Source of the DNA: an uncultured Solirubrobacteraceae bacterium
GTDB lineage: Bacteria > Actinomycetota > Thermoleophilia > Solirubrobacterales > Solirubrobacteraceae
Reading direction: 5' to 3'
Assembly: GCA_963752865.1 (NCBI GenBank)
Contig: CAVVZU010000002.1
Coordinates: 1,394,941 to 1,458,940 of the forward strand
Length of the DNA: 64,000 bases
In this document: positions 28,701-39,715 of the stretch, piece by piece
Position numbering within the stretch: position 1 is the stretch's first letter
Layout: each line of letters opens with the position of its first letter
The notes under the pieces: model-generated
Seen by the model: only the letters and a program-made list of their open reading frames with translations
The model's database searches: none
Told to the model about the DNA's origin: nothing
Program-made: the position numbers and the translations under genes

Positions 28701-29845
28701 CACACATCCCTCGCCAGGCGTACGCCCGCGAAGATCTGCCGTCGTATTGGCAGATCCCAGTTGCGAAACGTCGTGCTCGCCACGCGCGGGTGAGTCGCCC
28801 ACGAGCTGCCGCGCAGCACGCGATAGCCCTCGCCGAAGAACACCTGCGAGTACTCGCGGTACGGGTAGGCGACGAACCCCGGATAGCCGCCGAAGTGCGA
28901 GCTTGTCCATTCCCACGCCCGACCAATGCCGGCGAGCGCTCCATCCGCCTGCTGGGTCCAGGTCACCGCCTTCTCCCACTCCGCCTCGGTGGGCAGGCGC
29001 GCATCGTGTGCACGCGCGAAGGCGTCGGCCTCGAACCAGGAGACGTGGCAAACCGGCGCCTCCGGGTGGCCTGTCGCTACCGAGCGATGATGCGCGATGT
29101 CGTACTCCTCCTTCCACGCCCAGCCCTCGCGCGACCACCACTCACGTCGCTCGTAGCCGCCGCCCTCGCTGAAGTGAAGCCAGCTCGCGTTGCTCACCGG
29201 GCGCTGTGCGATCGCAAACGCAGGTACGTCAACGGGATGGCGTGGACGCTCGTTGTCGTATGAGAAGCCGTCTGCCGGCGCGCCCATGGTGAACGTGCCG
29301 TCGGAGATCCGCAGCCACCTCTCCGCGATGGCGGCTGTCGCGATTGGAGCATCCATCTTCGCCTGCTCCTCCACGGGCAACAGCCCCGCTATATCCATCG
29401 TCTGGCGCATCGTCTCGGAGTGCTGGAGCTCGTGACGCAGCACCATCTCGCACAGCACGCCGTCGCCGACACCGCGCTCGGCGATCACCTCGGCGGTGCG
29501 GGCGCTCACAGCCGCCATGTAGGCCTTCGCCTCGGCCGGGCCGAGCGCCTCGATCTCGCCGCGCACAGACCGCGGTGTCTCGAACGCGTCATACAGGTCG
29601 GCAAGCTCCGGGCGCAGCAGCTCGAGGTTGCCGTAGCGCTGACCCAACCAGAGATCCTCATACGCGGCGATGTGGCCGAGATCCCACACGAGTGGGCTCA
29701 TGATCGGCGAGTACACACGCTCGAGCTGCGCGTCGTCGAGCGTTGCCACCAGGGCCAGCGTGCGCTCGCGCGCTGCATCCATCGCCTGCAGCACCTGGCC
29801 GGCGTCGGGGGAGAGGGGAGTGGTCTTTGCCGCTGGGGTAGCCAT
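28700..29845 (-). CDS. egtB: Ergothioneine sulfoxide synthase
   Basis: SPLVWDLGH and HELQHSE iron ligands, plus an FGE-like domain with PYREYS and FRNWDLPIRRQIF. 1-nt overlap with egtD. Confidence 0.93.
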   Translation of the reverse strand: MATPAAKTTPLSPDAGQVLQAMDAARERTLALVATLDDAQLERVYSPIMSPLVWDLGHIAAYEDLWLGQRYGNLELLRPELADLYDAFETPRSVRGEIEALGPAEAKAYMAAVSARTAEVIAERGVGDGVLCEMVLRHELQHSETMRQTMDIAGLLPVEEQAKMDAPIATAAIAERWLRISDGTFTMGAPADGFSYDNERPRHPVDVPAFAIAQRPVSNASWLHFSEGGGYERREWWSREGWAWKEEYDIAHHRSVATGHPEAPVCHVSWFEADAFARAHDARLPTEAEWEKAVTWTQQADGALAGIGRAWEWTSSHFGGYPGFVAYPYREYSQVFFGEGYRVLRGSSWATHPRVASTTFRNWDLPIRRQIFAGVRLARDV

Positions 29846-29852
29846 GGCTGGT

Positions 29853-29899
29853 CGTGCTGCGTCAATCTAGAACGACCGTGCTGCGTCACTCTAGAACGA
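29853..29899. repeat. Tandem 23-bp repeat (24-bp period) in the egtB leader
   Basis: CGTGCTGCGTCA(A/C)TCTAGAACGA at 29853-29875 and 29877-29899, one mismatch. Confidence 0.9.
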
Positions 29900-29988
29900 A
29901 AGTCCGCCGAGGGGGGTGCAGCGTTACAAGATCTTTGCTGGCATACCCGCTTTCAGCGCACGCCAGTCGCGCGCTCGCGCTGCCGGTT

Positions 29989-30579
29989 CTACTGACCCGT
30001 GTCGTTCCAGCGAGCGATTACCGCTGCCTCGCGCTCGTGGCCGAGCACACAGATGGCTCCGGTCGATAGACCCAGCCTGCCACCGCTCTCGGGGCCGAGC
30101 TCGATCCAGCGCGCGCCGAGCACGCGCAGCATATGTCCGTGCGAGAACACCGCAACGTTCCCACCACTGGCAGCGATCTCTGCGATCACGCGGTCAGCCC
30201 GCGCGGCCACGTCCGCCGGGCTCTCGCCCCCGGGGCAGCCGTCGCGCCACACCAGCCAGCCCGGCCGCTGCCCACGTATCTCCAGCGTCGTCAGCCCCTC
30301 GTACTCGCCGTAATGCCACTCGCATAAGTCCGGGCGCGTCTGTGCAGCTGAATCGAGCCCGCACAGCTCGCATGTTTCGCGTGCGCGCAGCAACGGGCTG
30401 ACGAGCACGAGATCGAAGTGCCACATGCCGAGCCGCTCGCGAAGGGCGCTGGCCGCCTCGCGGCCGCGTTCGGTGAGCGGAATGTCAGTGAGCCCCGTGT
30501 GCCGGCCGTTCATGCTCCACTCCGTCTCGGCGTGGCGCACGATCACAGCCTCGCCTACGCTCGGGCCGCTCAGGCTCAT
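29989..30579 (-). CDS. Histidine phosphatase (phosphoglycerate mutase family)
   Basis: RHAETEWS..G.HTG.TD, SPLLRARET, EWHYGEYEG and FSHGH motifs. Confidence 0.92.
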   Translation of the reverse strand: MSLSGPSVGEAVIVRHAETEWSMNGRHTGLTDIPLTERGREAASALRERLGMWHFDLVLVSPLLRARETCELCGLDSAAQTRPDLCEWHYGEYEGLTTLEIRGQRPGWLVWRDGCPGGESPADVAARADRVIAEIAASGGNVAVFSHGHMLRVLGARWIELGPESGGRLGLSTGAICVLGHEREAAVIARWNDTGQ

Positions 30580-31301
30580 CGTCCCGTGGGCGCCGCTGCG
30601 TCGTCGGCGATCACCGTTAGACGCTCGCGCCTGAGCAGGCTCGCGGGGACGTGGCGGGTCGGCTCTCCGAGCATTGCGCTCATCGCATCCGCCTTGCTCG
30701 GCCCCGTTGCCAGCAGCATGCACTCCCGCGCCGCGCGCAGCACTGCCAGACTCAATGTGATCCGCTCCGGTGGCGGCTTCGGCGAGTCGTGCACGCCCAG
30801 GCAGACCGCCTCTTGGCCCGCATCGAGGGTGGCGGCTCCCGGGAACAGCGACGCGACGTGCCCGTCCGGGCCAATCCCCAGCACGATCAAATCGAGCACC
30901 GGCGGTTGTCCCCGATCGGGCGCAGCGAGCGTCAGCTGGCGCGTCAGCTCCTCGGCATAGCCGCGGGCACCATCGTCGGGGCCGAGCTCACCCAGCATGC
31001 GGTGTACCCGCTCCGGTGCGATCTGTGCTCCCGAGAGCAGCGTCTGCGCTGCCAGCCGGTAGTTGCTTTCCTCGTCGTCCGGCCCTACGCAGCGCTCGTC
31101 GGCGAACCATACCTCCACGCCCGCCAGTTCTCCCGGCTTTGCCCCCAGCAGTTCATAGCAACGTCCTGGCGTAGTGCCGCCGCTGAGCGCGAGATGCGCC
31201 ACGCCGCGCTCTTCACGCGCGTGACGAAGCTGACGCACGATGTGCGCGGCCGCACGCTCTGCGACCGTCTCCGCATCGGGGCATGTGGTCAGGCGCGTCA
31301 C
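30576..31301 (-). CDS. pgl: 6-phosphogluconolactonase
   Basis: LSGGTTP, FADERCV, LGIGPDGHVASLFP and SPKPPPERITL motifs. Confidence 0.94.
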   Translation of the reverse strand: MTRLTTCPDAETVAERAAAHIVRQLRHAREERGVAHLALSGGTTPGRCYELLGAKPGELAGVEVWFADERCVGPDDEESNYRLAAQTLLSGAQIAPERVHRMLGELGPDDGARGYAEELTRQLTLAAPDRGQPPVLDLIVLGIGPDGHVASLFPGAATLDAGQEAVCLGVHDSPKPPPERITLSLAVLRAARECMLLATGPSKADAMSAMLGEPTRHVPASLLRRERLTVIADDAAAPTGR

Positions 31302-31320
31302 GACGGCGCCACCGGAGCGC

Positions 31321-32400
31321 TCACGCCAGCATCGTCCTCGCTGCCTGTAGCGCGGGCACATATGTGGGGTCGCGAAGCAGCGCCTGGCGGATGCCCTCGC
31401 CGAGCACACCCTGCTCGCCGCGCGAAGCGCCGAGAATCGTCCATTCCTGTTCCTCGCCGCGGCTGTCGCGCCGGTGCGCGCGCAGGCCGCCCTTGCCGCG
31501 GCCGAGCCGCAGTTGCATACCTGAGGCAGTCTGTAGCGTGAGGCTCGCAAGGCCCGGCACCTGCAGCTCCGGGGCGGCTTCCAGGCGTATGGCGACGTTT
31601 TGACCGCCCACGTGTGTCGAGCTGACGAGCGCATCGCCGTCGCCCACCAGCGGCTCTGTGTGCCAGCCCAGACGCGATGCCAGCCAACCGACCAGGAGCG
31701 TTGCGGCTGCCGTCGATTCGGGGTGGTGGCGCACAGTCACCCCGGAGATCGTGCCCAGTTCGCGGCGCAGCCACACCGGGTCGAAGCTCGCCGCCACCCG
31801 CTCGCGCCAGGGGGTCGATCGCAGCCACGCCAGATCCACCACGTAGGCCTGCTTGCTCAGCTCGCAAGCGCGATCCAATGCATCCCGGGCGACCGGCTCA
31901 TCGACCGAATCGAGCAGCACCGCCTGTGAGAGCGCCAGCAGCTGGCTGACGATCTCGTGGTGGCCGTGCGGAGACCACAGCAGCGTCGGCAGATCGGTCA
32001 CGACCAGGGGGTCGGCGATCGTCAAGAGGTCGTCCAGGTGGCGATCCCCGAGTTCCACCACCACCGTCTCGTGTAGCAGCGCCAGCTCACCCGGCCCGGA
32101 TGCGGCCTCAGAGACGATCATCACGCGTCCGTCCAGGCGCTCGCGGTGCGGCTCGTAGGCGAGCACCACCAGCCGCGATGCGTGGTAGCGCCCAACGCCG
32201 CGCAGTCGGTTGGCGATCTCCCCGGTCCATTCGCGATCGACGAACGCGATCATGTTGAGCACCCGCGCAGGCAGAAAATCGTCGTTTTCCCCATGCACCT
32301 GCACCAACAACGCGCGCAGGGCCGCTTCGATCGCGTCGGGTGTGGTGCCCTGCTCGCTCCAGACCGCATCGCTGCGGCCGCTCAGCTCCGCGCCAGCCAT
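31321..32400 (-). CDS. opcA: Glucose-6-phosphate dehydrogenase assembly protein OpcA
   Basis: HASR, DLPTLLW, DS, DLAWLRSTPWR and GWLASRLGW motifs. Lies between zwf and pgl. Confidence 0.9.
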   Translation of the reverse strand: MAGAELSGRSDAVWSEQGTTPDAIEAALRALLVQVHGENDDFLPARVLNMIAFVDREWTGEIANRLRGVGRYHASRLVVLAYEPHRERLDGRVMIVSEAASGPGELALLHETVVVELGDRHLDDLLTIADPLVVTDLPTLLWSPHGHHEIVSQLLALSQAVLLDSVDEPVARDALDRACELSKQAYVVDLAWLRSTPWRERVAASFDPVWLRRELGTISGVTVRHHPESTAAATLLVGWLASRLGWHTEPLVGDGDALVSSTHVGGQNVAIRLEAAPELQVPGLASLTLQTASGMQLRLGRGKGGLRAHRRDSRGEEQEWTILGASRGEQGVLGEGIRQALLRDPTYVPALQAARTMLA

Positions 32401-33962
32401 CAGATCGCGCGCCAGCCATCGCCCTCGAACAACAGGCTGTCGGCCTCCTTCGGGCCCTGTGAGCCAGCTTCGTAGGTCTCGACCGGTGGGTTTGGTGGGC
32501 GCACGTCATTCGCCCAGGCTTTGACGATCGGATCGCAGATGCGCCACTGAGCCTCGACCTCGTCGTTACGCGTGAACAGCGTTGCGTCGCCACGCATCGC
32601 ATCGGTGATCAAGCGCTCGTAGGCCTCCGGGGACTGCGACAGGAATGCTGTGCCGTACAGGAACTCCATGTTCACTGGGCGGATGCTCATCCGCGTGCCC
32701 GGGATCTTCGCGCCCAGACGCAACGACACGCCCTCGTTGGGCTGCAGGGTGAGCACGAGCTGGTTGGGCTGCACACCCAGCGAGCCGTCCTGGCTGAACG
32801 CGAGGTGGGGGACGGGCTTGAGCGTGACCGCGATCTCGGTGATCTTGCGCGCCAGGCGCTTGCCGGTACGTAGGTAGAACGGCACTCCCGCCCAACGCCA
32901 GTTGTCCACTTCCAGGCGCAGCGCCGCGTAGGTCTCCGTCACGGAGCCCTGCGGTACACCCTCCTCTTCCAGATAGCCGGGTACGTCGTCGCCGCCCGCA
33001 TGACCCGCCGTGTACTGGGCGCGCAGCGACATCTGCGGGATCTCCTCGGCGGTTGGCTGCGGGATCGACTGCAGCACCTTGACCTTCTCGTTGCGGACCT
33101 CTTCCGCGGTGAAGCTCACCGGCGGCTCCATCGCCACATGGCACAGCAGCTGCAGCATGTGGTTCTGGATCAAATCGCGCAGCGCTCCTGCGCTGTCGTA
33201 GTAGTCCGCGCGCGAGCCGATGCCGAGATCCTCCGCGGCGGTGATCTGCACGTTGTCGATGTAGTTGCGATTCCACAGCGGCTCGAACATGCCGTTGGCG
33301 AAGCGAAACGCCAGCATGTTCTGGACTGTCTCCTTGCCCAGGTAGTGATCGATGCGGTAGACCTGCGCCTCGTCGAAGATGCTGAGCACGCGCCGGTTGA
33401 GCTCGCGCGCCTCGTCGAGCGTCGTGCCGAAAGGCTTCTCGATGATCAGCCGCACCTCACCATGCTCATGGTGGGCCAGCTTCGAGCTGCCAAGCCGCTC
33501 GACGATCACCGGGAAGAAGCTCGGGGCGGTCGAGAGGTAGAACGCGCGGTTCAGCGGCTCGCCCGCCTCCTGCTCGAACTCGTCGAGCACCTCGCTCAGC
33601 TCGCTGTACACCGACTCGTCATCGAATGTGCCAGGCACATAGCGGACGTTGTCGAGCAGGCTGGTCAGGACGGCCTCATCGGGCGTACGCCGCGAGAAGC
33701 GCCGGATCGCCTGCTCGCATTCGCCGCGGTAGTCGTCGTCCTCTTTTTCTTTGCGCGACACGCCCACCAGGTGAAAGCGCCCCGGCAGGGCGCCCTCATG
33801 AGCGAGGTTGTACAGCGCGGGCAACAGTTTGCGCCTGGCCAGGTCTCCAGTCGCCCCGAAGATCACGAGCGTCGTCGGCGCCACCGGCAGACGCTCGAGG
33901 CCCGCCGTGAGCGGGTTGTCAGGCTCGGGCTCGCCAGTTGGACGACCAGCCACGGCCGCCAT
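32400..33962 (-). CDS. zwf: Glucose-6-phosphate dehydrogenase
   Basis: [16 protein letters not shown] and RIDHYLGKE motifs. Confidence 0.98.
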   Translation of the reverse strand: MAAVAGRPTGEPEPDNPLTAGLERLPVAPTTLVIFGATGDLARRKLLPALYNLAHEGALPGRFHLVGVSRKEKEDDDYRGECEQAIRRFSRRTPDEAVLTSLLDNVRYVPGTFDDESVYSELSEVLDEFEQEAGEPLNRAFYLSTAPSFFPVIVERLGSSKLAHHEHGEVRLIIEKPFGTTLDEARELNRRVLSIFDEAQVYRIDHYLGKETVQNMLAFRFANGMFEPLWNRNYIDNVQITAAEDLGIGSRADYYDSAGALRDLIQNHMLQLLCHVAMEPPVSFTAEEVRNEKVKVLQSIPQPTAEEIPQMSLRAQYTAGHAGGDDVPGYLEEEGVPQGSVTETYAALRLEVDNWRWAGVPFYLRTGKRLARKITEIAVTLKPVPHLAFSQDGSLGVQPNQLVLTLQPNEGVSLRLGAKIPGTRMSIRPVNMEFLYGTAFLSQSPEAYERLITDAMRGDATLFTRNDEVEAQWRICDPIVKAWANDVRPPNPPVETYEAGSQGPKEADSLLFEGDGWRAI

Positions 33963-33964
33963 GC

Positions 33965-34990
<1,026 letters not shown>

Positions 34991-35094
34991 GTGCTCGCTA
35001 GCTCCTTGATCTTCGCGGTCAGAGCGCGCCCGGCGCGGTCGCTCACGCCACGATCGTAGTGACCGGGGCCCTGGTATAGGTTTCCCATGCGCCG

Positions 35095-36096
35095 ATGAGC
35101 TCTCAAGCCCCACAACAACTGCCCGATCGCAACCTTGCGTTGGAGCTCGTTCGCGTTACCGAGGCCGCTGCGCTGGCCGCCGCGCCACTGGTGGGACTGG
35201 GCGACAAGGAGGCTGCCGACCAGGCCGCCGTTGACGGTATGCACTACATGCTCCAGTCGGTGCAGATGGACGGCGTGGTGGTAATCGGCGAGGGCGAGAA
35301 GGATGAGGCGCCGATGCTTGCCAACGGGGAGCACATCGGCGATGGCTCGCCGCCGCAGGTCGACATCGCCGTCGATCCGCTCGAGGGCACCACGCTCGCC
35401 GCGCACGGGATGCCCAGCGCGCTCGCCGTGATCGCGCTGTCCGCCCGCGGCACAATGTTCGACCCGGGGCCCTGCGTCTACATGGAGAAGATGGCCGGTG
35501 CGCCCGAGATTGCCGATCTGCTCGATCTGGACCGCCCGCTGGGGGAGACCGTCAAGCTCGTCGCCGAGCGCAGGAACTGTCCCGTCGGTGACGTGATGGT
35601 CGTCGTGCTCGACCGTCCCCGTCACGAGGAGGGCATCGCCGCGATCCGCGCGGCCGGCGCCCGCGTGCGCCTGATCGCCCATGGCGACGTCTCCGCTGCG
35701 CTGCTCGCTGTTACCGAGCGCTCGCCCGTCGACCTGCTGTGGGGTATCGGCGGCACGCCCGAGGGCGTCATCTCCGCTGCTGCCGTCAAGTGCGTCGGCG
35801 GACAGCTGCTCGGACGGCTGTGGCCACGCGACGAGAGCGAGCGCACCGCCGCGCTGGAGGCCGGCTATGACCTCGAGCGCGTGCTCGATCGCGACGACCT
35901 CGTCGCCGGCGAGGACATCTTCTTCTCCGCCACCGGCATCACCGACGGCGACGTGCTGCAAGGCGTGCGCTACCCGAGCGCCGGTGGCGCCACCACCGAA
36001 TCGCTGGTCACTCGTGCCCGTACTGGAACGATCAGGCGGATCCGCGCCACGCACGACCGCGCCAAGCTGCGCGCAGTCGGCGGCGAGCGCTACTGA
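35095..36096 (+). CDS. glpX: Class II fructose-1,6-bisphosphatase
   Basis: LELVRVTEAAA, IGEGEKDEAPML, DPLEGT and GGTPEGV motifs. Confidence 0.97.
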   Translation: MSSQAPQQLPDRNLALELVRVTEAAALAAAPLVGLGDKEAADQAAVDGMHYMLQSVQMDGVVVIGEGEKDEAPMLANGEHIGDGSPPQVDIAVDPLEGTTLAAHGMPSALAVIALSARGTMFDPGPCVYMEKMAGAPEIADLLDLDRPLGETVKLVAERRNCPVGDVMVVVLDRPRHEEGIAAIRAAGARVRLIAHGDVSAALLAVTERSPVDLLWGIGGTPEGVISAAAVKCVGGQLLGRLWPRDESERTAALEAGYDLERVLDRDDLVAGEDIFFSATGITDGDVLQGVRYPSAGGATTESLVTRARTGTIRRIRATHDRAKLRAVGGERY

Positions 36097-36773
36097 TTGA
36101 AGCGGCCCACGCGGGACTCAGCCAGGTCCAGGCGTGCCAGTGAGCGCAGGAACCCATAGGTGACGATCACGTGGATACGCGACTGCGTGATGTTGTAGAG
36201 CCGGCGGCTGAGCCTGGAGGCAATCGACGGATAGAAGTTCGCCACCTCCACCTCGACATGCAACCGAGCGTGAGCATCATCTTCGCCGGGGCTGCGGCGA
36301 ACCTCGATCTGCAGATACCCACCGCCGCCACGGCCTCGTCGGGAAACCAGCAGCCCATGGGCGATGCGCCAGCGCACAAGCCCGCGCGTCGAGTCCATCT
36401 CGTATTCGGGAGCCTGGAAGGTCAGCAGCCTCAGGGGCCTGGCGATCAGCACGACCGAGCGCTCGGCGTCGCTGTAGCTGACGCGTATCAGCCCAAGCGT
36501 CACACGCGTGAGAAAGCGCCAGTAGGTCCGGGCGAGGCGCTCGAGGTGGACGGGCGTCCAGATCTCCCTGAGGGCCGCCTCGTCGATCACGAGGTCAGCG
36601 CGCTGTACCGAGCGCACCGCCCCGGTCTCGGAGTCGAGCGACGTCATGTCGCCCAAATCCACGACAACCGCCTTCGCGGCTTGGTCTCCGCGTGGCCGAC
36701 CGCGGACCCGGCTCCTGACGAAGCTCGCAGCCAGTACGACCGCCGCCACAAGCGCGATCCACACCCCTGTCAT
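36090..36773 (-). CDS. Hypothetical membrane-anchored protein
   Basis: N-terminal TM helix, globular remainder and GC3-biased codons. Confidence 0.7.
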   Translation of the reverse strand: MTGVWIALVAAVVLAASFVRSRVRGRPRGDQAAKAVVVDLGDMTSLDSETGAVRSVQRADLVIDEAALREIWTPVHLERLARTYWRFLTRVTLGLIRVSYSDAERSVVLIARPLRLLTFQAPEYEMDSTRGLVRWRIAHGLLVSRRGRGGGGYLQIEVRRSPGEDDAHARLHVEVEVANFYPSIASRLSRRLYNITQSRIHVIVTYGFLRSLARLDLAESRVGRFNQ

Positions 36774-36919
36774 TGTGCGTTTTGGTCACTCATCGTCCAT
36801 CCAGGCTATCCCCGCTCACATACGCCGCCACGCGGGTTGAGCGAGAAGGCCCAGGCTGGTAGCTTGATCGCCATGCCCGCCGCCCCCTCATGTTGGCGGC
36901 GTAGTGCACGGGTGGTCCG

Positions 36920-37402
36920 TTGAAAGGCCGTAAAGTCCTGCAAACAGCGCTCCCCTGTCTCATCCTCATCGGCGCCCCCGGCGCGATCGCCGGCTGTGGG
37001 GGGACCACAGAACAGCACGCCCAAGCCCCAGAGCCAAGCGCGGCACAGATCGAAAAAAGCGAAGAAGCAGCCCAGAAGCAGCAGGAAGCGGCAGAACTCA
37101 ACCAAGAGCGAGAACTGCTGTCGAGCATCGAAGCCAAGAAACAGGAAGAAGTCGCTGAAGCGAAAGCCAAGAAGATAGAAGCGGAAGCGACGAAGAAGGC
37201 CAAGAAAAAAGAAGCGGCCGCCACCAAGAAAGCCAAGCAGAAGGAAAAGGTGGCGGAAGCAAACGCCAAGAAGATCGAAGAAGCTGCGAAGGTCGAAGCG
37301 AAGAAGCTGAAAGAAGCCGCGACGAAAGCCAAGAGCACCGAAGAAACGCAGACCAAATCCGCGACCGGCAGCGGACAGCAGCCATTGAGCGAAGGGCAAT
37401 AG
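36920..37402 (+). CDS. K/E/A-rich putative lipoprotein
   Basis: Signal peptide with IAGC lipobox, then a charged helical body with GAA/AAG-rich codons. Confidence 0.72.
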   Translation: MKGRKVLQTALPCLILIGAPGAIAGCGGTTEQHAQAPEPSAAQIEKSEEAAQKQQEAAELNQERELLSSIEAKKQEEVAEAKAKKIEAEATKKAKKKEAAATKKAKQKEKVAEANAKKIEEAAKVEAKKLKEAATKAKSTEETQTKSATGSGQQPLSEGQ

Positions 37403-37449
37403 ACACCCGCGCACGCCGCGCGGGAGCTGAGCAAGGCGCTTGTCGAGAC

Positions 37450-37986
37450 ATGAACCAGCGTAAACAGCAACCAGGTGGCTCCAAGGACGGCCGAGCCGTT
37501 CGTCGGGCGCTGCTCCTATGTCTGGTGCTGACCGCGCTGGCCGTCTTGCTTGCCGGCTGTGGTGGCGGGGGCTCATCCGGTGGCGGCGGCGAAGCGAAGG
37601 GCCGGGAATCCAAGGCCGAAGCGGCAGAAACCGCCACAGGTGGCGAAGAAGAATCCGGCGAAGCAGAAGCCAAGAAGCGCGAAGCCGCAGCTGAAGCCGC
37701 ATCGATCGCCGAAGCCAAGAAGGCCAGAGAAGCAGCCCAGAAGGCAGCGGAAGCGGCCGAACACGAACCGAAGAAGACCAAGAGAGGCTCCGGCAAAGGC
37801 AAGAAGGGCTCTCCGAAGAAGAAGGGGTCGACCACGACCAAAGCCAAGAAAGGGAAGTCGAAGAAGACAACCGCCGCCGCGGAAGCCAAAAGCGCCGCCG
37901 AAGAAGCCGCGCGCAAGCAGTTCGCCAAAGAAGAAGCCGAAGAAGCCAAGACGTTCAAGAAACTCGAACACAGCGAAACCAGGTAG
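37450..37986 (+). CDS. K/E/A-rich putative lipoprotein with a lysine-rich patch
   Basis: RR plus hydrophobic segment, LAGC lipobox, Gly linker and KKGSPKKKG patch. Confidence 0.72.
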   Translation: MNQRKQQPGGSKDGRAVRRALLLCLVLTALAVLLAGCGGGGSSGGGGEAKGRESKAEAAETATGGEEESGEAEAKKREAAAEAASIAEAKKAREAAQKAAEAAEHEPKKTKRGSGKGKKGSPKKKGSTTTKAKKGKSKKTTAAAEAKSAAEEAARKQFAKEEAEEAKTFKKLEHSETR

Positions 37987-38018
37987 CTGTCGTCTCCGGC
38001 TGCTGATATTCAACTCAC

Positions 38019-39194
38019 GTGCGCGAAGATCCCCACATGCACGCAGGGCATCGTGCAAGGCCGGTTGCCGACCTTCCAGGCGAGGCGCTGATCGCCGGCG
38101 CCGATGAGTTGGCCAGGCGCTGGGCGATAGCGCTGATCCGCTCCCGCCCGCTGAATGACATCGGCGGGGTTCCGCTCGAGGAGCTCGCCCGCGAAGCGCC
38201 ACCGCTGTGTGCGCAGCTGATCCGGGCCATGCAGTCCGATGCCGATCTGGGGCGTCTAACTGGGCAGGGCAGCGATGCTCGCGCGGGGGTGGCGCAAGCG
38301 CGCCGGCTGGCCGAGATCGCCGGTGCCAGCGACGCCGCTGCGGCGGTCGGGGCGGTCGAGGCGCTACGTGGCGTGCTGTGGGAGGCACTGCTCAACCAGA
38401 TGAGCGAGCCGTCCGCGCGTCAAGTCGGAGATGTTGCCGATCGACTCGCATATGTCTGCGCCGAGGTGCTCGCCGTTGCACTGGAAGCGGAAATCGTGGC
38501 GGCGGATGATCCCTCCCGCGATGATGATCCGGCGGCTGAGGCTACTGCCCCCGACGCTGCCACGGTTGGGATGGCCGCCGCTGGCGCCTCACGGCGCGAG
38601 GCGATCATCGTCGATGAACGCCACTCCTCGGAGCGGCCGCTGTCATGGGACGAGTCGCCGCCGATCCCACCAGGCGCGCGAGCAGCCGAGATCGAGATTC
38701 GCGACGAGCGCCGCGAGGAGGGGCCGGCGGCGTGGATCAAGTCGATCGGCGGCCAACTGGAGCGATATGAGCGCGATCGGCTGCCGTTCGCGGTGCTACT
38801 CGTCGAGCTTCGCGACATCGAGCGCCTGCGTCGCGAGGACCTCTCCAGGGGACTGGCCGGAGTGCTCGCCCGTGTCGAGGGGGCGCTCGCGGCCGTGCTC
38901 GGCAAGCGAGCGGGCTCGCTCACACGCGAGCGGCCGGGTCGATATTGGCTGCTGATGCCAGAAACCGATCGCGTCGGTGCTCGTGATCTGGCCAAGAGCC
39001 TTGCGCAGGCGGTGGCGTCTTGTCGCGGCCAGGATGGCGCGCCACTCGAGGTTGCGATCGGCACAGCTGTGTGCCCCGACGATGGGCTCGAGGCCTCGGC
39101 GCTGGCGGCGCACGCGGATGTCGGGCTCTATGCGGACCGCTCCGCCGCCCGGGTCACAACCGGCCGCCGCGCCCCCATCGACGAGCCTGTCTGA
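38019..39194 (+). CDS. Protein with a degenerate GGDEF-like domain (start uncertain)
   Basis: FAVLLVELRDI...RERPGRYWLLMPETD..GA...VAIGTAVCPDDG...ADVGLY follows the GGDEF fold pattern but lacks the GG(D/E)EF motif. Confidence 0.7.
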   Translation: MREDPHMHAGHRARPVADLPGEALIAGADELARRWAIALIRSRPLNDIGGVPLEELAREAPPLCAQLIRAMQSDADLGRLTGQGSDARAGVAQARRLAEIAGASDAAAAVGAVEALRGVLWEALLNQMSEPSARQVGDVADRLAYVCAEVLAVALEAEIVAADDPSRDDDPAAEATAPDAATVGMAAAGASRREAIIVDERHSSERPLSWDESPPIPPGARAAEIEIRDERREEGPAAWIKSIGGQLERYERDRLPFAVLLVELRDIERLRREDLSRGLAGVLARVEGALAAVLGKRAGSLTRERPGRYWLLMPETDRVGARDLAKSLAQAVASCRGQDGAPLEVAIGTAVCPDDGLEASALAAHADVGLYADRSAARVTTGRRAPIDEPV

Positions 39195-39205
39195 GGAGTT
39201 GCGTC

Positions 39206-39715
39206 TCAGCCGGCCACGGCGCCGCCGGTGAGCGCAGCGCTCGGGGAGACCGGTGGCAGGCCCAGCAAGGGTGTGTTGGTCGTCTTGCCAACGATATGAG
39301 TGGCGATACGGACCGTCTCGGTGATGCCGAGGCTCTGCGCCGCTCCGGCCGTCAGATCCCACTGTGCGCCGTGACCGTAGGGCCCGCGATCGAGCACTGG
39401 CACGGTGAGGCTGTGCCCGTCGTATGTGACTGACACGAGCGTGCCGCAGGGAAGCGTTCGGTTTGCCACGCCCACCACCGCGGGGGTGAGCGTCTGCCCA
39501 CACGCTGTCTGCTTGCCGTAGAAGCCCGGGCCGAACCATGTGGCGATGCCGCTCGGGCGGACTTTCGCCGGTGTCGAGCTGGGCGGTGTCGAGGGGGCAG
39601 CCACAGCACCGCCGGTATCGGCGAGCGCGCTTACCGCGCTGCCCGCGAACAGGGCCATCGCCGCGAATAGGGCGAGCAGAAGCGTAGGTGTCTTGAAGTT
39701 CACTGGCATCGTCAT
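39206..39715 (-). CDS. rlpA: RlpA-family (DPBB) lytic transglycosylase, secreted
   Basis: Signal peptide, then ATWFGPGFYG..TACG, ANRTLPCGT, DRGPY and DLT motifs. Confidence 0.88.
   Translation of the reverse strand: MTMPVNFKTPTLLLALFAAMALFAGSAVSALADTGGAVAAPSTPPSSTPAKVRPSGIATWFGPGFYGKQTACGQTLTPAVVGVANRTLPCGTLVSVTYDGHSLTVPVLDRGPYGHGAQWDLTAGAAQSLGITETVRIATHIVGKTTNTPLLGLPPVSPSAALTGGAVAG

Noticed and set aside
29853-29899. Possible mini-CRISPR
   Set aside because: Only two copies separated by 1 nt, with no spacers and no cas genes.
36790-38388. Long hydrophobic antisense ORFs (F/L/S/A-rich) that look like membrane proteins
   Set aside because: They are mirror translations of the GAA/AAG/GCC-rich lipoprotein genes on the plus strand.
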